A DNA stretch of 64,000 bases from Felis catus (taxonomy: Eukaryota): NCBI RefSeq assembly GCF_018350175.1, contig NC_058368.1:67396001-67460000 (forward strand), read 5' to 3'. The position numbers and the translations under genes were made by a program. Below are positions 59,919 to 64,000 of this stretch, piece after piece (position 1 is the stretch's first letter; each line of letters opens with the position of its first letter). The notes under the pieces were generated by a model that saw only the letters and a program-made list of their open reading frames with translations, was not told the DNA's origin and ran no database searches.

Positions 59919-62637
59919 TATACCAAGTATTTTAGCAGGTGGTCAGATAGCTTCTAGAATTATTTTAATGCAATATGCTGTAGTTAGTAGTGTAAAAGTT
60001 CCAATTTACTTGACTAGTTGTTTGCTGAACAAGAGCCTGAAATGCAGTTTTGATTCTGTGGGACAGGTTGTTCTCTGATGGGATTCTTTGTAGTAATTAT
60101 TAGGCTTTATTTTCTCATATGAAGTGAATTAATTGTGGTTAAGTTGAATTTCTAGTGTCATGGTTTTCCTTTGATTAATGTCCAGCAGTTTATCTTTGTT
60201 CATATGGAAGTATCATGGGAACCCAGTCACCTGCTTTTTAGAACTAAGACATTTCAATTATAGATTTATTTTTCTTCCAAGATCTTTAGAAAGCTGTTTT
60301 TAAAAAATTTTGTTTATTTTTTGTTTTGTTTTGTAAATCTGATGAGTTTGTGTCATTTGGAGTTCTGGATATGGGAAAGACTCATTTAATCAGTCAGCAG
60401 AGGCTTACACTGTAGTGCTTTCTGAAGAGATACACATAGTGTGGAACTCACAGTTTTTGTCATCGAGCTTACCGACCACTTGGGGGTATAAGACATGCTT
60501 TGTAAAGCATATATATTCTTTTCCCTTCTTTCTCAGTTTAGATTTAGTGGTCCACCTTGTAGTTGCTCTGTTGAAAACAGCCTTTAATTTCCTTGCTTCT
60601 GTATTATTTTGTCTTACTCACTTGGCAAAATTTGACACCTCTTCAGTCCAACTTGGCAGACTTGTTTGTTGTACCTCAGAGTTGAACATGGCTGGAGAAA
60701 AATGGAGATAACCTTGCTGACTGGTTTCATTTTAAGCACATAATCTCAATTTCAAATGCATATGCAATACTGCCAACATTCCTACAATTGCCTTGTGTGT
60801 CTGTTCTTGAAAATCTGCATTTCAAACCTTTTCTTTCCTTAAATCTCCAATGTAACCCTCCTTTCCTCCCTTCCTTTACCTTATTCTCTTAGAACGAGTC
60901 GTTGTTTGAGAAAATGAAGGCCATCACAGGGTAGTTTCCTTTTCTTTCTTCCACTAAAGGCACTCACTAGCGTACGTGTATCTGTACCCAGTTTGCTACT
61001 TTTCTTATGTTAAAATGGATAAAGCTTCTCTATTCCTGGCAAAATCCAATTCGTATACTTATGTCCTGGATTCCATTTTCTCTCATCTTCTGAAAGTATT
61101 GCTCCTATAGTTATCGTTTTTCTCCTGCGTCATCACTTTGTTCCTCTCTGTGGGATCCTTGACATCAGCACTCCCAAGATGCTGTGGTGTTTCCATCCTA
61201 AACTGTTCTTTGATGTAGTGTGTCCCTTCAGCTACTGAACTGTATCTTTGCTTCTCTGGACAGCAGGACTTTGAAGACTTGTTGATAGTCTCTATTTCCT
61301 CCTCTTCTGTTCTCTCTTCAACACGTTACTCCGCTGATAACTGCAAAGCCTTACATATCAGACTCTTATTTACTTACACCTATTTCGTCCTAATCTTCCC
61401 CTCATCGTTAGGCTCCCACCACACAACTTCTTTTACTTCCAAATGCCAACCTCATTTCTGACTGAGAGTCTTGATTCTTGCTGTTCCCACGGTTTGGAAA
61501 GCTTCATATGAGGTCTTCAAATGAACGTTCGTATTTCAGAGAGGCCTGACATACTCTGTTAAAAAGCATGCTCTCCTTCAGTTAATAGTCTGTTTACTTT
61601 TTTGAATTTTCTTCATAAACTTTCACATTGTCTGAATTACCTCGTTTACTTGTCTTGCCTGTTATCTCAAGAATATAAGCTTTGTGGAAAGAGCTCTTAT
61701 CTCTGTACCTAAAACATGTTGAGATGAAGTAGATTAAATATTTTTTAAATTGGTGAGTGAAGTTGGCTGAGATTTTGTTTGTTCGTTTGTTTTTAGTTCT
61801 GTTTTGTTTTTGCAAGGACTCTTCATACTTATTTTCTACATTCCTTGAGCAGGGGATCACATCACAACATTTATACCTTCACAGTTAATTGAAGCAAAGA
61901 CAGACAATGTCCACTGAAATTGAGCAAACCTGGTTACAATAGATTTTATTTTCCAAGTTCATCTAAGGAAGATTTCGGTGCAGACATTTAGTTCAGATGT
62001 ATTACACAACTACTCAGCCTTTTTTCCTTTCATTTTGGCTGAACCGCTTTTTAGGTCATAATGACTTTAGGGTTTCCAGCTCAGTGTATTTTTATTGAAA
62101 CTCTTTTGTCATTGGTCCTTAGTTGACTATGGAATTGCTAAGATAATGCACTTCTTGCTCTTTCTGTGGCCAGTTTCCACTTTTTCTGTGTTTCTGCCAT
62201 GAGACTTCTTTCAGACTCTGCCCCCCTCTTGCTTGCATCTTGGATTCAGATCAGATCTTTTATAGACAGTATTTTGTCCTTTTTTTTTTTTTTTTTTGGC
62301 CTCATGTGCCTTTGTAGAATGACCTTTGGGTTTTCCTCATCCCTAACATTTTTTTTCTTCCCTTTTAAAGATTTTATTTTTAAGTAATCTCTACACTCAA
62401 TATGGGGCTTGAACCTGCAACTCCAAGATCAAGAGTTCCGTGCCGTACTTACTGAGCCAGCCAGAGGTCCCTCTCATCTCTCACATTCTAAGTGCTCCAA
62501 CCTGAATAGCTTACCCTGGGCTTGCTTCTGGCCCTGTCACCTGGCCTTAGCTTGAACCTTAGTATCTTTGACCCTAGTTGTTGCCTTTTTTGTTCTTGTT
62601 CTTCAGTCTTGGTTGTGATTCTCACCACATCATAGTC

Positions 62638-62860
62638 TTTTTTTTTTTTTAATTTTTTTTAAACGTTTATTTATTTTTGAGACAGAGACAGAGCATGAAT
62701 GGGGGAGGGGCAGAGAGAGAGGGTGACACAGAATCCGAAGCAGGCTCCAGGTTCTGAGCCATCAGCCCAGAGCCCGACGCGGGGCTCGAACCCATGGACT
62801 GCGAGATCGTGACCTGAGCTGAAGTCGGACGCTTAACCGTCTGAACCACCCAGGTGCCCC
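62638..62860 (-). mobile_element. SINEC_Fc
   Basis: TSD caccacatcata; canonical body; a short older SINE lies at about 62360-62470. Confidence 0.92.
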
Positions 62861-63518
62861 ACCACATCATATTCTAAACCCCTCAACTTTACATTTCTTA
62901 AAATTCTTTAATTTTGCTCTTCAAAATATGATGGATTTCAGTACTAACTTCATTGAAGGACTTAACTACTCTACCTTTTTTCTTATGCTTCCTGTATATT
63001 TTGCTGACCTATGGTTATGCTCATCTAAGGAGGAACCTATTGTTTCATGCTGATTAGGCAATGGCATGATGTTTGGTTGCCTAATCAGAAAACAGGAGAT
63101 AGCTTGTTACCACTGCCACTGGATGTGGCAAAGGAATAAAAAGTATCCATGGCTGAAAATAGGGTTGAGATACTACAAAAACAGCCATGATTTATAAATA
63201 ATTTTTTCTTTTTACATATTAGTGTCTTTATGAATCTTTGGTAGCATCAGTTTGATTTGGTACTTGTTATCACATATTACATATTACACTAAGTATTTTG
63301 TTGTATGCTGCTGCCAGTGTATGTAAAATATACATATTCTTGTGAAATAGAAATTTATGAAAATGCAGAGAGATGTTAAGGATTGACAAAAGTAGAATTT
63401 TAGTATGGCATATGTTTAGGGATAAGCTTTTCTACAGGCTTCAAATGTAGTGCTCCTTTGAATATTCACTGGTTCATGAAAAGTGGGTTAGAAAACCATC
63501 CACAGATTCATTTTTCTA

Positions 63519-63821
<303 letters not shown>

Positions 63822-64000
63822 TTAGGTGATATAAAGAAGAAAAGATGGTTTCTTTTCTCAAACTTGCTTTTTACCTGGGTTGGGTTCTCAGGGGTTGTGA
63901 GAGACCAGCAAACTGTGAAGGTCAGTAATTGAGACAGTGGTATTGCAACTTAAACTCATGTACTTTTGAGTGTGGAGATGTCATAGGAGCACAGAAGGGG

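Overview
Mammalian genomic DNA. The abundant SINEC_Fc-type tRNA-derived SINEs and carnivore L1s point to a felid, most likely domestic cat. The left half holds the 5' part of DZIP1 on the minus strand: nine coding exons from the start codon at 29951 down to 446, including the C2H2 zinc finger, with every exon joining in frame. Three probable non-coding 5' exons run up to a CpG island at about 32-33 kb. A repeat-rich intergenic region of about 23 kb follows, then the CpG-island promoter and first coding exon of DNAJC3 (P58IPK) on the plus strand at 56430-56511, then DNAJC3 intron 1. This head-to-head arrangement matches human 13q32 as I recall it. I see no new multi-gene system. The points worth checking are splicing features of DZIP1 (loss of the human Met1, an in-frame retainable intron, a poison-exon candidate, a cryptic internal donor, inverted SINEs around exons), RFX and UPR motifs, an intact solo LTR, and an L1-derived patch at a deletion. 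Gene and repeat-family names come from recognition, not database searches, and repeat boundaries are approximate unless a target-site duplication (TSD) is quoted.
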